Origin: a virus
Length of the DNA: 64,000 bases
Reading direction: 5' to 3' (one strand)
Virus record (IMG/VR): IMGVR_UViG_3300010938_000009
Location: 32,001 to 96,000 of that record
The notes beneath the pieces were generated by a model. That model had not been told where the DNA came from, searched no databases, and saw only the letters and a list, made by a program, of their open reading frames with translations. Position 1 is the stretch's first letter. The number at the start of each line of letters is the position of its first letter. Position numbers and translations under genes: made by a program. Shown here one piece after another: positions 20,325-30,391 of the stretch.

Positions 20325-20562
20325 TTTTCCTCTTCTCTATTTCTTGTCTAAGTAAACTACAAATTACTGCCTCTTTACTAATTTTAAGTGTTTCACTAAT
20401 ATTACTTACTAACTTAAAAGTTTTATCTGTAGAGTTTAAGTCTACTTTTTTTAGCTTACTTTTAGATAATAGTTTATTAAGTAAATGTTCTTCTATTATC
20501 ATGTTTTTAACTTGCTCTATACTAATATTTAGTTTTTTTGATAGTTTTTCTAGATCTTTCAT
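20305..20562 (-). CDS. Small basic, possibly DNA-binding protein
   Basis: ORF track; two repeated L.IS.E.V helices. Confidence 0.4.
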   Translation of the reverse strand: MKDLEKLSKKLNISIEQVKNMIIEEHLLNKLLSKSKLKKVDLNSTDKTFKLVSNISETLKISKEAVICSLLRQEIEKRKNDKKTL

Positions 20563-21815
20563 TTATCCATTCTCCATCTAATGAATACAGGATGTCTTAA
20601 CGAACCTGCTTCCGTTTGTTCCATATATTTGATTTCAGCCACTTTACCCACAAACTTAGAGGGTGATGCGGCCATTTCTTTTCTATGGTCAATAGTAAAC
20701 CCACTGCCACAACGAACGGTATGATTATTAAAATCAAACTCAATACCACCAGCCAAACCGACAAAATTACCTTCTGCTTCATAGAGCGACTTGACCGTAA
20801 CATCTATAGTCTCCATAGGCTTTAATTTTAACATTTCACCTGATCTTAAAGTTACTCTCTTCCAGTGATATAAACCGTCAATACTTCTTATTATACTACC
20901 TTCAAAACCACTTTGCAAGTGTTTTTTATAAATATCTACTAAATCTTTAGCATTATCTACTTTTGTAGTCTCAATGTCAACTACTTTTTTATAATCAGCT
21001 ACTTGATCATTTAAAGTCTCTCTAAGTAATTTTAATCTTTGTTCATATCTTAGTTTACAACTCTTATTATTCCAGTCCTTTAAAGGTATGCAGTCAAATA
21101 CTGTAAATTTAAGGTCTTTAGGTATTTCAGCGTCTTCTGTAGTCAATACAGATACTAATTTCTCAAAGCTTAATTCATGACTATATAGTTCTCCATCTAA
21201 TACTACGTCTTTCACGTTTTGTAAAGCCTTAAAATGGCTTATAAGCTGTTTATTGCCGAATATCTTGCCCGACCTACTCCAAAGGGTTATTTGGCCGCCT
21301 AAAGGCAAACATACGCACCTAAAACCGTCTAATTTAGGAGTAATATAAGTAGGATAAGATATATTTGTAACATTAGCTAATTTACTAGGAGCTAACATTA
21401 CGTCAAAAGTAGGTATTAAGTTAGGCCACACTTTATTAACTGTACTTACTCCTACTCCTATAGCAGCTTTAAATAGTACGTCTTTGAATACCTGTTCTAG
21501 TTCTTCATTATCTACTGAGGCTAATACTCCTACAGTACGTTCTATAGCTTCGTTACCTGTATATACTCTATTTTCTAAATCTGCTAGTAATTGAATAAAG
21601 TGTTTCCAACTACTCAAGTCATTTAAAGGTCTGGCTTTGTTGTATTCAGGTATTTTCTTAATATAGAATAACTTATAAGGGTTAAGGTTAGCTTCTAACA
21701 AAGTTTGTAAATGGTAGTTATCTACTTCAGTTAATAGTATAGCTTCTTTATCTTTTATAGAATTAGTAGTTTTAAGCTTCGCTAAAGTCGCTAATGCTCT
21801 GTTCAGAGGATTCAT
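20559..21815 (-). CDS. ATP-dependent DNA ligase
   Basis: KLDGFR, SRSGK, LDGELY, FD, EGSIIR, KLK, CGSGF, SLRHPVF..WR.DK. Confidence 0.93.
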   Translation of the reverse strand: MNPLNRALATLAKLKTTNSIKDKEAILLTEVDNYHLQTLLEANLNPYKLFYIKKIPEYNKARPLNDLSSWKHFIQLLADLENRVYTGNEAIERTVGVLASVDNEELEQVFKDVLFKAAIGVGVSTVNKVWPNLIPTFDVMLAPSKLANVTNISYPTYITPKLDGFRCVCLPLGGQITLWSRSGKIFGNKQLISHFKALQNVKDVVLDGELYSHELSFEKLVSVLTTEDAEIPKDLKFTVFDCIPLKDWNNKSCKLRYEQRLKLLRETLNDQVADYKKVVDIETTKVDNAKDLVDIYKKHLQSGFEGSIIRSIDGLYHWKRVTLRSGEMLKLKPMETIDVTVKSLYEAEGNFVGLAGGIEFDFNNHTVRCGSGFTIDHRKEMAASPSKFVGKVAEIKYMEQTEAGSLRHPVFIRWRMDK

Positions 21816-22002
21816 TTATATATTCCTTAATTTGGTTAAGTTTTTTAATTACTATTTTAGTTTTACCTTCTAAGTCAGTTACTTTTAGTTTAGCTCGTTT
21901 GGGTAAGTATTCAATAAACTCGCCTACAATTCCTGTAGTAAATTTTACTTTGTCGCCTACTTGTAATATCATTTCGTCTGGTTTAAATATTTTTGTTTTC
22001 AT
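21772..22002 (-). CDS. Small SH3/KOW-like hypothetical protein
   Basis: LQVGDKVKF start. Confidence 0.45.
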   Translation of the reverse strand: MKTKIFKPDEMILQVGDKVKFTTGIVGEFIEYLPKRAKLKVTDLEGKTKIVIKKLNQIKEYINESSEQSISDFSEA

Positions 22003-22109
22003 TTAGTTTATCCTTTCTCCTAGTCAGTATCTTAATTTATGGAATGGTCAAATTTTTTCTATTTTCTTTTTATGATATAATATTTTTCATTCTTTCTATG
22101 TTCCTTTTC

Positions 22110-22140
22110 TAATAAAACGGGCTAGTATTTCTACTAGCCC
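22110..22140 (-). terminator. Intrinsic terminator
   Basis: GGGCTAGTAG-AAA-TACTAGCCC followed by GTTTTATT. Confidence 0.6.
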
Positions 22141-22189
22141 TACGTATTGAACTAATCATCGGTGAGTGGAGAGACTCACTTAATTAAGT

Positions 22190-24205
22190 TCAAAATGAAG
22201 TATTTCCATTTCTTTTATTTTTTAAATATTCTCTTTCTTCAGGTTCTACTTGAGCTTGGTATTCTGCGTACTCATGTTCACTTAAATCTCTTACTGTACA
22301 CTTAGCTCCATCCCAATATAAAGGTCTTTCTACTTCTGAACCCATTCTATTTTTAGCTAAGAACATTCTTATAACGTAGTCTTTATTTTCTACGCCCATA
22401 AATGGCCGCCAAACAGTTATTACATTACTAGCAGTTTCTTCCCAATCTCCTGATTCTTTGGCTACTCTTTTTGACCTTAAAGGAGTAGAACCGTCCCCTG
22501 CTGCTCTAGCTATTTGAGCTATAAATATCCAATGAGCATCTGTTTGGTCTGCAGCTTGAGTTGATAACAAAGCGTTGTGTCTAGCTGTAGCATAAGAATC
22601 ACTATAAGGCCCTGAAATTCTACTAGCATAATCTACTACTACTAGTTTAATTTTATTACCTGTACGTTCTTGAACTTGAATTACTTTATCTCTCATTTGT
22701 TCTAAAGTCATTGTAGAACTAAAGTCAAAATAAGTTTTACTGTAAGTTTTTCTAATTATATCTCTAATTTCATTAATTTTTTTAGTATTTTTAGTGGCAT
22801 AAAAAGCCATAATTTCATCTTGAGTATATTGTGTTAGTTTTTGAGCTAACTTTAAATATACTAAATTACGATGCATATCTAAACTTGCAAAGTAAGTATG
22901 TTGTCCTAATTTGTTAGCATTTTCCATAATATTTAAAGCTATCGTAGTTTTACCTGATCCTGATGCCCCAACTAGTAAACTAGTAGTTCCTACTGTTAAT
23001 TTCATATAATCGTCAATTAAATTAATTCCAGTTCTTACTATATTACTTTCAAAGTTTTCTGCAAAGTTTGAGAACATATCAGAAACTTCGTCAATTTGAA
23101 CTACAGTTTTATCTTGTCCATGACCATGATGTAAAGTACATTTACAATCACTTTTAATAGCATCGCAATATCTCTTTAAAGGTTCGTAGTCTGCTGCTGT
23201 ACCTATTGCTCCTGGTATTAATTTAAAATCTTCTTTAAAAGCGCTATTTACAGCGTTCCAAAGCCTTTTTTTGTCGTGAACTTCAGCTTCAGGGTATAAC
23301 TGGTTATTTAACCTAGCTATTCCTTTTAATATATTATAAACTACTTCTTTATGTGCGCCTTGATTTCTGTAAAAAGTAGCTAACCTTAAAAATAAATTAT
23401 CCCTTTCTCCTCTACCTGGCACCATTATACCTTTAGATAAAGCGTAAATACATCTTGGAGTATTTTTAGGGCATTGTCTAAAATCTATAGTTTCTAAACC
23501 TCTAATTCCATCTATTACTTCTGCATCAGCTATTACAGCTACTTTATTTTCTACTTTAGAATACTTATCTAGTAGTTCTTTAGATGAATGAGGTTCTATA
23601 GTTATATTAATTATTCTAGAGTTCTGAGACATAATTTTAATTTGTCCCATACTTAAAGATTTTAATCTTGAAGGTCTAATATAGGTTTTATATAGCCCTG
23701 ATTTTTGATTTTTTGTAAAAGGTATTCTAAATATTCTATTAGTATTATAAATACTTGTATCAAAAGTTTTTATATTACCTGCAAAGTTATTACAGAATTG
23801 TTTTAATTGTTTAGGAGTTATTTCTAAGTCTGTAGTTAGCTCTATATGAAAACCTTTATTACCTGAAAAGTAAACTGCTACAGATTTATCAATATCTACA
23901 CCTTCTTGTTGTAGTTTTTCTAGTAAGTTACAAGCGTCGATTCTAGCTGTGTCAGGGTTTACTTCGCAATCTAAGTCAAAAGTAATCTTATTAGTAAAGA
24001 CTTCCCCTTTATAACCAGCTATACTACCATTATTATTATTAAAATGGTCTAAAGCTTCCTTACTGTAAGTAAATAAGGATGCGTACCAATCTTTTTTAGT
24101 ATCTAATTTTTGAATTAGATTACTTAATTGGTTAACTGCAACTATTTCTCCAGTATCATTTAAACCGTCTTTTAATTGAACGTATCTCTCCATTTGTAAC
24201 TCCAT
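22190..24205 (-). CDS. Primase-helicase (AEP primase fused to DnaB-like SF4 helicase)
   Basis: FDLD, FSGNKGFH, RIFRIP; GASGSGKTT, SLDM, VVVDY, AQ, KNRMG. Confidence 0.88.
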   Translation of the reverse strand: MELQMERYVQLKDGLNDTGEIVAVNQLSNLIQKLDTKKDWYASLFTYSKEALDHFNNNNGSIAGYKGEVFTNKITFDLDCEVNPDTARIDACNLLEKLQQEGVDIDKSVAVYFSGNKGFHIELTTDLEITPKQLKQFCNNFAGNIKTFDTSIYNTNRIFRIPFTKNQKSGLYKTYIRPSRLKSLSMGQIKIMSQNSRIINITIEPHSSKELLDKYSKVENKVAVIADAEVIDGIRGLETIDFRQCPKNTPRCIYALSKGIMVPGRGERDNLFLRLATFYRNQGAHKEVVYNILKGIARLNNQLYPEAEVHDKKRLWNAVNSAFKEDFKLIPGAIGTAADYEPLKRYCDAIKSDCKCTLHHGHGQDKTVVQIDEVSDMFSNFAENFESNIVRTGINLIDDYMKLTVGTTSLLVGASGSGKTTIALNIMENANKLGQHTYFASLDMHRNLVYLKLAQKLTQYTQDEIMAFYATKNTKKINEIRDIIRKTYSKTYFDFSSTMTLEQMRDKVIQVQERTGNKIKLVVVDYASRISGPYSDSYATARHNALLSTQAADQTDAHWIFIAQIARAAGDGSTPLRSKRVAKESGDWEETASNVITVWRPFMGVENKDYVIRMFLAKNRMGSEVERPLYWDGAKCTVRDLSEHEYAEYQAQVEPEEREYLKNKRNGNTSF

Positions 24206-24232
24206 TTTATTCTCCTGTAAAAGGAATATACT

Positions 24233-24463
24233 TTATTCTTCTTCTTCAGTTGTAAATACAAACCTTACGTCTGGTGCTTTAGGATGATTTTTTTTATCGT
24301 TTGAATACATTGCAAAATTTGTAATAGGCACAGCTTCACCATTAGGTAATAGAGCAAAAAGCTTTAAAGTTTTCTCTTCAGCTTTAGCACTAACATACTG
24401 TGTTCCATCTCTAGGGTTTTCTTTAAACCAACCTGCTCCAATTATGTTATATTTTTTAGCCAT
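24233..24463 (-). CDS. DUF736-like small protein (paralog of 19507-19857)
   Basis: IGAGW.KE...G.QYVS...N.KK.HPKAPDVR. Confidence 0.5.
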   Translation of the reverse strand: MAKKYNIIGAGWFKENPRDGTQYVSAKAEEKTLKLFALLPNGEAVPITNFAMYSNDKKNHPKAPDVRFVFTTEEEE

Positions 24464-24887
24464 TTTCTAACTCCTTGTTAACTTGTTCTACTTCTTTATT
24501 GAGTTCTTCTTCATTCATTTTAAGTCTTCTATCATGTTCTTGTTTTATATGATACTGCATTAATACAAATCTGTCACTAATTAATCTTTGTCCTATTGCA
24601 AAAGCTAATTTTTCTTCTTCTTCTTTTAAGAAAACGGGTATTCCAGACGTAGGTAAGTCCATTATGGCAGCCATAACTCTATCTTTACCTCTTTTACTTA
24701 AACCTTTAAATAATTGAGCTAACCTAACTTTATTAGTAATGAAAGAATTACTAGCTCGTTTAGCCATTTCTTCAAAACTAGGTAGTTCTATTTTTTGTCC
24801 TGTTCTATCTTCTTCTTGAGCTATACTAGTAACTTCTGTAAGTACAGGTTCTTGTTTAGATTCTTCTACTTTATTTTCTTTACTCAT
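24456..24887 (-). CDS. Hypothetical protein
   Basis: ORF track. Confidence 0.55.
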   Translation of the reverse strand: MSKENKVEESKQEPVLTEVTSIAQEEDRTGQKIELPSFEEMAKRASNSFITNKVRLAQLFKGLSKRGKDRVMAAIMDLPTSGIPVFLKEEEEKLAFAIGQRLISDRFVLMQYHIKQEHDRRLKMNEEELNKEVEQVNKELENG

Positions 24888-24897
24888 ATTTTATTCC

Positions 24898-25704
24898 TTA
24901 TTCAAAATCTGGATCGTCTAGCAATCCTGGTTTACCTAAACTTTGAAATGTAGTATTAGTACTCTTAGCTGCTGCTGCTGCCATTCTAGCTAATAACCCT
25001 GTAGCGTTACCATTAGCTTTAGGTTTAGGTTGTTCTACTTTATTAGGTTTAAGTCCTTCAGCTTGAATAACTGGAATATCTTTTAATATAGATTCTGTAC
25101 CTACATTTATAGACTCTTTAACTGGAGGTTCAAACTTAGTTAGCTTAGTTTTTATAGCGTTATCTTTAAGCCCCTTTGGCGCTGATTCAAAATCTGGAGT
25201 AAAAGCAGCTTTTTTAGCTCCTAACTTAGCCATAATATTACCTGTAGCTTTAGCAGATTCAGTTATTACAGCTCCGTCGTTTTCAATATCAGCTCCCTCA
25301 TCAGAAATCATAAAGTTCTTAACTAACGCAAACTTAACGCTGGCTGTTATAGCTTTAGATGCAGATTTATCGCCACTATCTATTCCACTTCCGACTGAAG
25401 TAATAGTAAGCTGTTCACCCGACTCAGAATCAATAAAAGTGTGTTCTGTTTGTACAGTTACTAAAAATTCTGTAACATTATTACCATTTTTATCCATTCT
25501 ATCTTTTTTCTCAGTTTCTACGTGTTTAGCGGAAGTTAACATAAACATTTTTTTATCTATCAATTCACGTTTTAAAGCTTCCATTACGTCTACTTCTCTC
25601 ATATAGTAGTAGTTTTGACCTTTATTATAACCTTTTTTCGGCACAGAAGCTAAATTTTCTAGTATTTTTACTAGTTTAGCTGTAATTTTTGCTCTATTCT
25701 CCAT
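24898..25704 (-). CDS. ERF-family ssDNA annealing protein
   Basis: V.K.GYN..QNY.Y, G.G.DSGDK...KA.T...KF. Confidence 0.82.
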   Translation of the reverse strand: MENRAKITAKLVKILENLASVPKKGYNKGQNYYYMREVDVMEALKRELIDKKMFMLTSAKHVETEKKDRMDKNGNNVTEFLVTVQTEHTFIDSESGEQLTITSVGSGIDSGDKSASKAITASVKFALVKNFMISDEGADIENDGAVITESAKATGNIMAKLGAKKAAFTPDFESAPKGLKDNAIKTKLTKFEPPVKESINVGTESILKDIPVIQAEGLKPNKVEQPKPKANGNATGLLARMAAAAAKSTNTTFQSLGKPGLLDDPDFE

Positions 25705-25705
25705 A

Positions 25706-25945
25706 TTAACTCTCCTTTCGTTTCTTTATATCTTGAATCTGTTTTATCACTTCATCAGGATTATTTACTATATTAGCAGCAAAACTATTAATAGTAAAGT
25801 GTAATCTAATAGTTTGTAACAAAAAATATATAACTGCTATAGACTCTAAAGGTATTTTAACCTCAAAAAACTTAAATATCAATATAGAAATTCCTAAAAC
25901 AAACCCATGAAATATTATATTGAATAAAGTACCAAAAAATGCCAT
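25706..25945 (-). CDS. Small membrane protein
   Basis: Two hydrophobic segments. Confidence 0.5.
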   Translation of the reverse strand: MAFFGTLFNIIFHGFVLGISILIFKFFEVKIPLESIAVIYFLLQTIRLHFTINSFAANIVNNPDEVIKQIQDIKKRKES

Positions 25946-25954
25946 TATAACCTC

Positions 25955-27073
25955 TTATTTCTTTATTAGCCCTGAAGGATCATTTTTATGACACAAATTT
26001 TTGTAAACACAAATACTCCCGTACCAATTATCACACCTAGACGTATTCTTATAAACTATCTTATTCTTCATAGCTAGTATAATATTACTAATATCCTGAA
26101 ATAGTGACTGTATCTGTTCAGGTGACTTCTCTTCTACTAATACCTGTACTATAGGCTTAGGTACTTTAGTTTCTATCCAGTCTCCATGACACCTATTTCC
26201 GGTACTATCTAGTGCATCACAGGTCTTATGCCTACCATTTCTATTACCATTACACTTATTGCAGTAAGCTACTATATCTTTAGGTATATTCTTACATAGT
26301 ACTATATAACCTACTAAGTTAGTATTATAATAACTACCTTTCATACCAGCATATAAGGTTAATTGGTCTGAATAGTCTATATTATTCTGATCATAAGGCA
26401 TACCAGCAGTCTTTAAGTCAAATATAATAGGTTTATCGTAACCGTCTATTTCTAGTACCATATCTATTACTCCTACTACTGAATCTCCAGTATTAGGGTC
26501 TGTTATATTTGTAAATTGCTGGGTAGCTATTACTTTCTTTATTTTAGGATAAAATTGCGTTTTAAACGCTTCTAATAGGATTCTACCCTTATGGTTCATT
26601 GATAACCATGAAAGTCTATTAAAATACTTAATTTGTTCGTTTGTAGGTCTTTTAAAGCTGTTTTTCTTAAGCTTTACAGTTTCTTTATATAAATTTACTA
26701 GTTTAGAAAAGTCTGCTGTTTCATTAGGTTGTAGTAAATTTAATTCTCTAGCCCAGCTTTCCATAGTTATAGAATCGTTAGTTTTGTCTAGTATTGCTTC
26801 ATCAAAGTCATTGTAGCCGAAAATAATATCGTCGGCATCGTATATTTGCTTGGGTTTATTATTACTTATAGCTGTATGCCATCTATCGTAGAATTTCTCT
26901 ATATAGTCATTATTACCTTTAAGTAAGTGTTCTACTGCTGTATCTATAGCTGAACCAAAGTATAAAGAAGCCCCTTCTGTAACTCCTTTAAGCTTTTTAA
27001 CATAACTATTAAACCAATACATTGGACACATTATATAAGTACTGTTTTGACTGTAACTTGTTTTTGTACTCAT
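25955..27073 (-). CDS. PD-(D/E)XK exonuclease, Cas4/AddB-like with Cys cluster
   Basis: SYSQ....MCP, FGSA, GVIDMV, FDLKT, QL.LY, C-terminal C.....C.Y..LC. Confidence 0.8.
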   Translation of the reverse strand: MSTKTSYSQNSTYIMCPMYWFNSYVKKLKGVTEGASLYFGSAIDTAVEHLLKGNNDYIEKFYDRWHTAISNNKPKQIYDADDIIFGYNDFDEAILDKTNDSITMESWARELNLLQPNETADFSKLVNLYKETVKLKKNSFKRPTNEQIKYFNRLSWLSMNHKGRILLEAFKTQFYPKIKKVIATQQFTNITDPNTGDSVVGVIDMVLEIDGYDKPIIFDLKTAGMPYDQNNIDYSDQLTLYAGMKGSYYNTNLVGYIVLCKNIPKDIVAYCNKCNGNRNGRHKTCDALDSTGNRCHGDWIETKVPKPIVQVLVEEKSPEQIQSLFQDISNIILAMKNKIVYKNTSRCDNWYGSICVYKNLCHKNDPSGLIKK

Positions 27074-27827
27074 AATCCCTTTTCTTTAAAGAAGCGTAAA
27101 TATAGAAACTTATAAGATAACTTAATAGCTTCTGTGTGCCCTTTTTTCATTAAATATTTTGATAGATTAGCTAACTTCATTGCATCGTTTATAGTTAAAC
27201 TATTATCTCCGTTAAGTAATCTAACTCTTAAGGCTTCAGCTTCTTCTAATAATTTTATATAGCTAGTTTTATCTAGCTTTTTGTGAATGTGTTCTTCTAA
27301 AGAAGCCACTTTATCATCTTTATCGTCTTTCATTATTAATTTCCTCTAATAAATCAGTTAAAGTAGCTATTGCAGATTTATGGAATACTACCTTATCTTT
27401 TAGAGACATTAATTCGTGAGCTGTTTTAATCTTTTCTTCTGTAGATATTGTACTGTTATTTTTTAGGTTGTCAAGTTTTTTCTGAATTTTAAGTAAAGAG
27501 CTATTACTACCGTTAATTTCTACCTTATGTTCAGATATTTTAGTATTTATAAGTTGTTGTAATTTATTAATCTCCATATAATTCCTTAGCTAACCTATTA
27601 CGTTTAAATACTATAACGTAAGTTGTACTAATAACTGTCATAGGTACTGAATAATGTAAAGGTGTACCATGAGTAGCAACACTATAGTTATTATCATAGT
27701 CTGTACTTACATTAGGTAGTATTTGTACTACTTCCCAACCTCTTTCTAAACTCTCACTTATACGGTAGTCTATACTAGAAGCTTTTATATCAGTTAGCGT
27801 ATAATATTCATACTCTAGTTCTTTCAT
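27070..27827 (-). CDS. Three hypothetical proteins (27070-27333, 27320-27577, 27567-27827)
   Basis: ORF track; coupled overlaps. Confidence 0.55.
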
Positions 27828-28381
27828 AAATATAAACTTTCTAACATTTCGTTATTAAAACCTAAATTGTATTCTTTATTCAATAAAAATAATAGTTTAT
27901 AATATAATTCTGTATATTTAGTTTCTTTTTTGAAGGCATTGGTGGAGCAGGAGGCGGCATGGGCGACATCAGCAGCAGTAAAGGCGGTATTGGCGATGGC
28001 GGCATAAGCGGCATAGGAGGTAGCATAGGCGGCATAGGCGGCGGCATAGGCGGAGTCCATGGTGGTTTCGGTGGTGGTGGCGGAGGTATAGGCAGTATAA
28101 GCGGCGGCATTGGCGGTATTGGCAGCGTTTTTTAAATCTTTTATTTTATCTTTAGTTGGATTTAAAATGTAATTTGCTAATAATTCCAAACAAATTTGCC
28201 TAGTTTTATAAACTTCAGGATATTTTTCTTTGTTGTAATATTGTTCTAAATTTAAAGCACATTGGTAAGCAAACTTTACTTTTAATAAATGCGGCAAACC
28301 TTTTATATTTAGAAGATTGGTAAGTTTAGTTTTATAGGTTAATTCTTTATTTTGAATAATTAAATTAATTTCAGTTTTCAT
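27824..28381 (-). CDS. Protein with Ala/Tyr-rich (AAYAA) repeat region
   Basis: FAYQCA...followed by a GC-rich GCC/TAT codon repeat. Confidence 0.65.
   Translation of the reverse strand: MKTEINLIIQNKELTYKTKLTNLLNIKGLPHLLKVKFAYQCALNLEQYYNKEKYPEVYKTRQICLELLANYILNPTKDKIKDLKNAANTANAAAYTAYTSATTTETTMDSAYAAAYAAYATSYAAYAAIANTAFTAADVAHAASCSTNAFKKETKYTELYYKLLFLLNKEYNLGFNNEMLESLYL
27932..28127. repeat. GC-rich degenerate GCC-GCC-TAT codon repeat
   Basis: Several GGCGGCAT copies on the + strand within an AT-rich genome. Confidence 0.8.
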
Positions 28382-28383
28382 TC

Positions 28384-28923
28384 TTATCCCTTGAATATAA
28401 AAGGTACATTATAGTTTACTTTACCTTTATTACGTTTCACAAATACTTGCCACTTTATATTATAATCTTGTACTAATTTACTTTTAACTTTATAAATAGC
28501 TTGTCGGCTAACTCCTAAGTCTTTACCTACTTGAGTTAAAGTTTTATTATCAAAGTATATTTTTTCTAATACATCAATTTGATGAAAAGTTAATCTATTT
28601 CTATTTTCTTCTAAAAACTTACGCATTATTGCGTATTCACTTAATTTATTCAAACTGCTATAAAAATAATATTTTACTGTAGCAGCATTACTTAAGTTCA
28701 TAACTTCTGATATATATTTAAAGCTTTTATTTTCGTACATATACATTTTTACTATTTTTTCTTTTTTATTTGTTAAGACGTCCCAAGGTATTGAAATATC
28801 TGGTTCTGGTTCTGTAAATAACTCTTCTTCTAATGACTTAGGATCAGGTATATTACTTAAGTCCTTTCTATATACTAATGTTGGTTCTTTCTTCATTCGT
28901 CTTTCATCATTACTCATTTTCAT
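28384..28923 (-). CDS. Tandem sigma70-region-4-like HTH protein
   Basis: LT.K.E.I..MY.YENKSF..IS..M.LS and LT..Q..V....YFDNKTL.QVG.DLGVSRQAI. Confidence 0.7.
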   Translation of the reverse strand: MKMSNDERRMKKEPTLVYRKDLSNIPDPKSLEEELFTEPEPDISIPWDVLTNKKEKIVKMYMYENKSFKYISEVMNLSNAATVKYYFYSSLNKLSEYAIMRKFLEENRNRLTFHQIDVLEKIYFDNKTLTQVGKDLGVSRQAIYKVKSKLVQDYNIKWQVFVKRNKGKVNYNVPFIFKG

Positions 28924-28969
28924 TTCTTCCTTAAAATCTATAAGCTTCTCATAAGCTCTAATGTATTTA

Positions 28970-28998
28970 AGTATAAAGCAGTTTTAATATTAAGTCAA
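28970..28998 (-). promoter_or_regulatory. Sigma70 promoter
   Basis: TTGACT-17 nt-TATACT, intergenic. Confidence 0.7.
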
Positions 28999-29001
28999 GC
29001 T

Positions 29002-29340
29002 TTATTTAAGATAAAGTAATTTATCCATTTCATTTATCTCAAATTCTATCCCATCTTGGTTTTTAAGTACTTTATCATTTGCGTCTATAATGAATAAACT
29101 GACATGAGCTATAGTATTAAACCCATATGGTTCACTACTTAAGGGACTTATTACATCTAATATATCTTCTTTTCTAATAAGAAAATAGTGTTCTATAGTT
29201 TCAGGCCAATGGTCATCTAGTTTACTCGTAGAAAAGTATTTTCTTTCTACTATCAACTCTTTACCATATTTACTTTGATAATATAACCAAGCCTTCTTAA
29301 GTCTTAGATAAGCTGTCTTATTTTCCTTGGTTAGTTTCAT
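29002..29340 (-). CDS. Hypothetical protein with C-terminal LY motif
   Basis: ORF track. Confidence 0.55.
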   Translation of the reverse strand: MKLTKENKTAYLRLKKAWLYYQSKYGKELIVERKYFSTSKLDDHWPETIEHYFLIRKEDILDVISPLSSEPYGFNTIAHVSLFIIDANDKVLKNQDGIEFEINEMDKLLYLK

Positions 29341-29383
29341 ATTAAAATTCCTATAAAGTGTAAAAGATTAAAAGTATAAAGGA

Positions 29384-29961
29384 TCAAATTTTTGTTCTCA
29401 CCAGGCGGAACCCCACACTACGGCTGTGGAGAATGGGGTAGTCCCTATTGCAAAAAGCAGAACGCAAGCCCTGAGGGTCGCTGCACCAACCGCCCCCATG
29501 GAAAACACGAAGGGAACCACTATAAATACTAGAGGTCCATTCCCAAACGTTTCCGTGCATATCGTATAATCCCCATTTATTAGGTTTTTTAAGCCTACAG
29601 CTTGAGTTTTATGATTCGAGTTCTCATAAAACCAAACATAGTTAAATAATTCTTCTACGTCGTTGCCGAAGCAATACTCCGTCGTAGAACCAGCTCTGCA
29701 ACAATACTCCCACTCTTCTTCTGAAGGTAAACGGTAAATGTAATCTTTTTGTTTTAGATTTAATTGCTGAATTAAATCTAAGCAAGCGTTATAACTAACT
29801 TGTTCTATTGGATTACTTGTGCCTTTAAAATAACTGGGATTGTTTTGCATAAAAAACTCCCAAAGCTTTTGCGTAAATTGAGTAGTTTGAATTTCAAAAG
29901 CTTTGTTAGGGATTTTAACAAAATCAAACTCATATAACTGTTTTAATAATTCTTCATTCAT
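29384..29961 (-). pseudogene. FGE-sulfatase/C-type-lectin-fold protein needing a -1 frameshift at A_AAA_AAC (29584-29590)
   Basis: Frame 0: NNPSYF, P.EQVS, YRLPSEEEWEY.CRAG, WF.ENS..T..VGLK. The -1 frame continues KPNKWGLYDMHGNVWEW...GGGW...RSA...VGFRLVRTKI*. Confidence 0.8.
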
Positions 29962-30391
29962 ATATTTTTAATGCTTTCTTTACCTTATTTAGATAATTAA
30001 AATTAATAATTAAACCTTTTTTATTATACCTTATACTACCTGCATTATAAGCTAGTATAGCTAAGTCTATGTCTTTATACCTAGTTAACTGGTACTTTAA
30101 ATATTTGGCGGCATAGTAAGCATTAGTATAAGGCTCTAATAATCCTAGTTTAGTGCCTTTATAGCCCATATCTTTAGCTGTAGGGTATTGTACCTGACAT
30201 AAACCCATACTATTATGTCCATTTCCATCGTTGTAGTTAATAGCTTTAGGATTATGACTACTTTCTACCCAACATATAGCTTTAAGTACTTTACTGTCAA
30301 CTCCTACTGTATTAGCAGCTTTAATTATAACGTCTGTTACAGCTAAAGCTTTAATAGATAGTAATGATAATAATATTATAGTTTTTGTCAT
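29954..30391 (-). CDS. Lytic transglycosylase (SLT domain) with signal peptide
   Basis: AICWVESS, GLCQV, AYNAG, YLNKV. Confidence 0.88.
   Translation of the reverse strand: MTKTIILLSLLSIKALAVTDVIIKAANTVGVDSKVLKAICWVESSHNPKAINYNDGNGHNSMGLCQVQYPTAKDMGYKGTKLGLLEPYTNAYYAAKYLKYQLTRYKDIDLAILAYNAGSIRYNKKGLIINFNYLNKVKKALKIYE

Noticed and set aside
25955-27073. CRISPR-Cas system suggested by the Cas4-like nuclease
   Set aside because: No repeat-spacer array or other cas genes; it sits close to ERF as a recombination exonuclease.
27880-28110. Pro/Met-rich 76-aa ORF
   Set aside because: Alternative frame of the GCC repeat inside 27824-28381.
29384-29961. Complete DGR cassette
   Set aside because: No reverse transcriptase or template repeat is visible in this window; only a candidate target.
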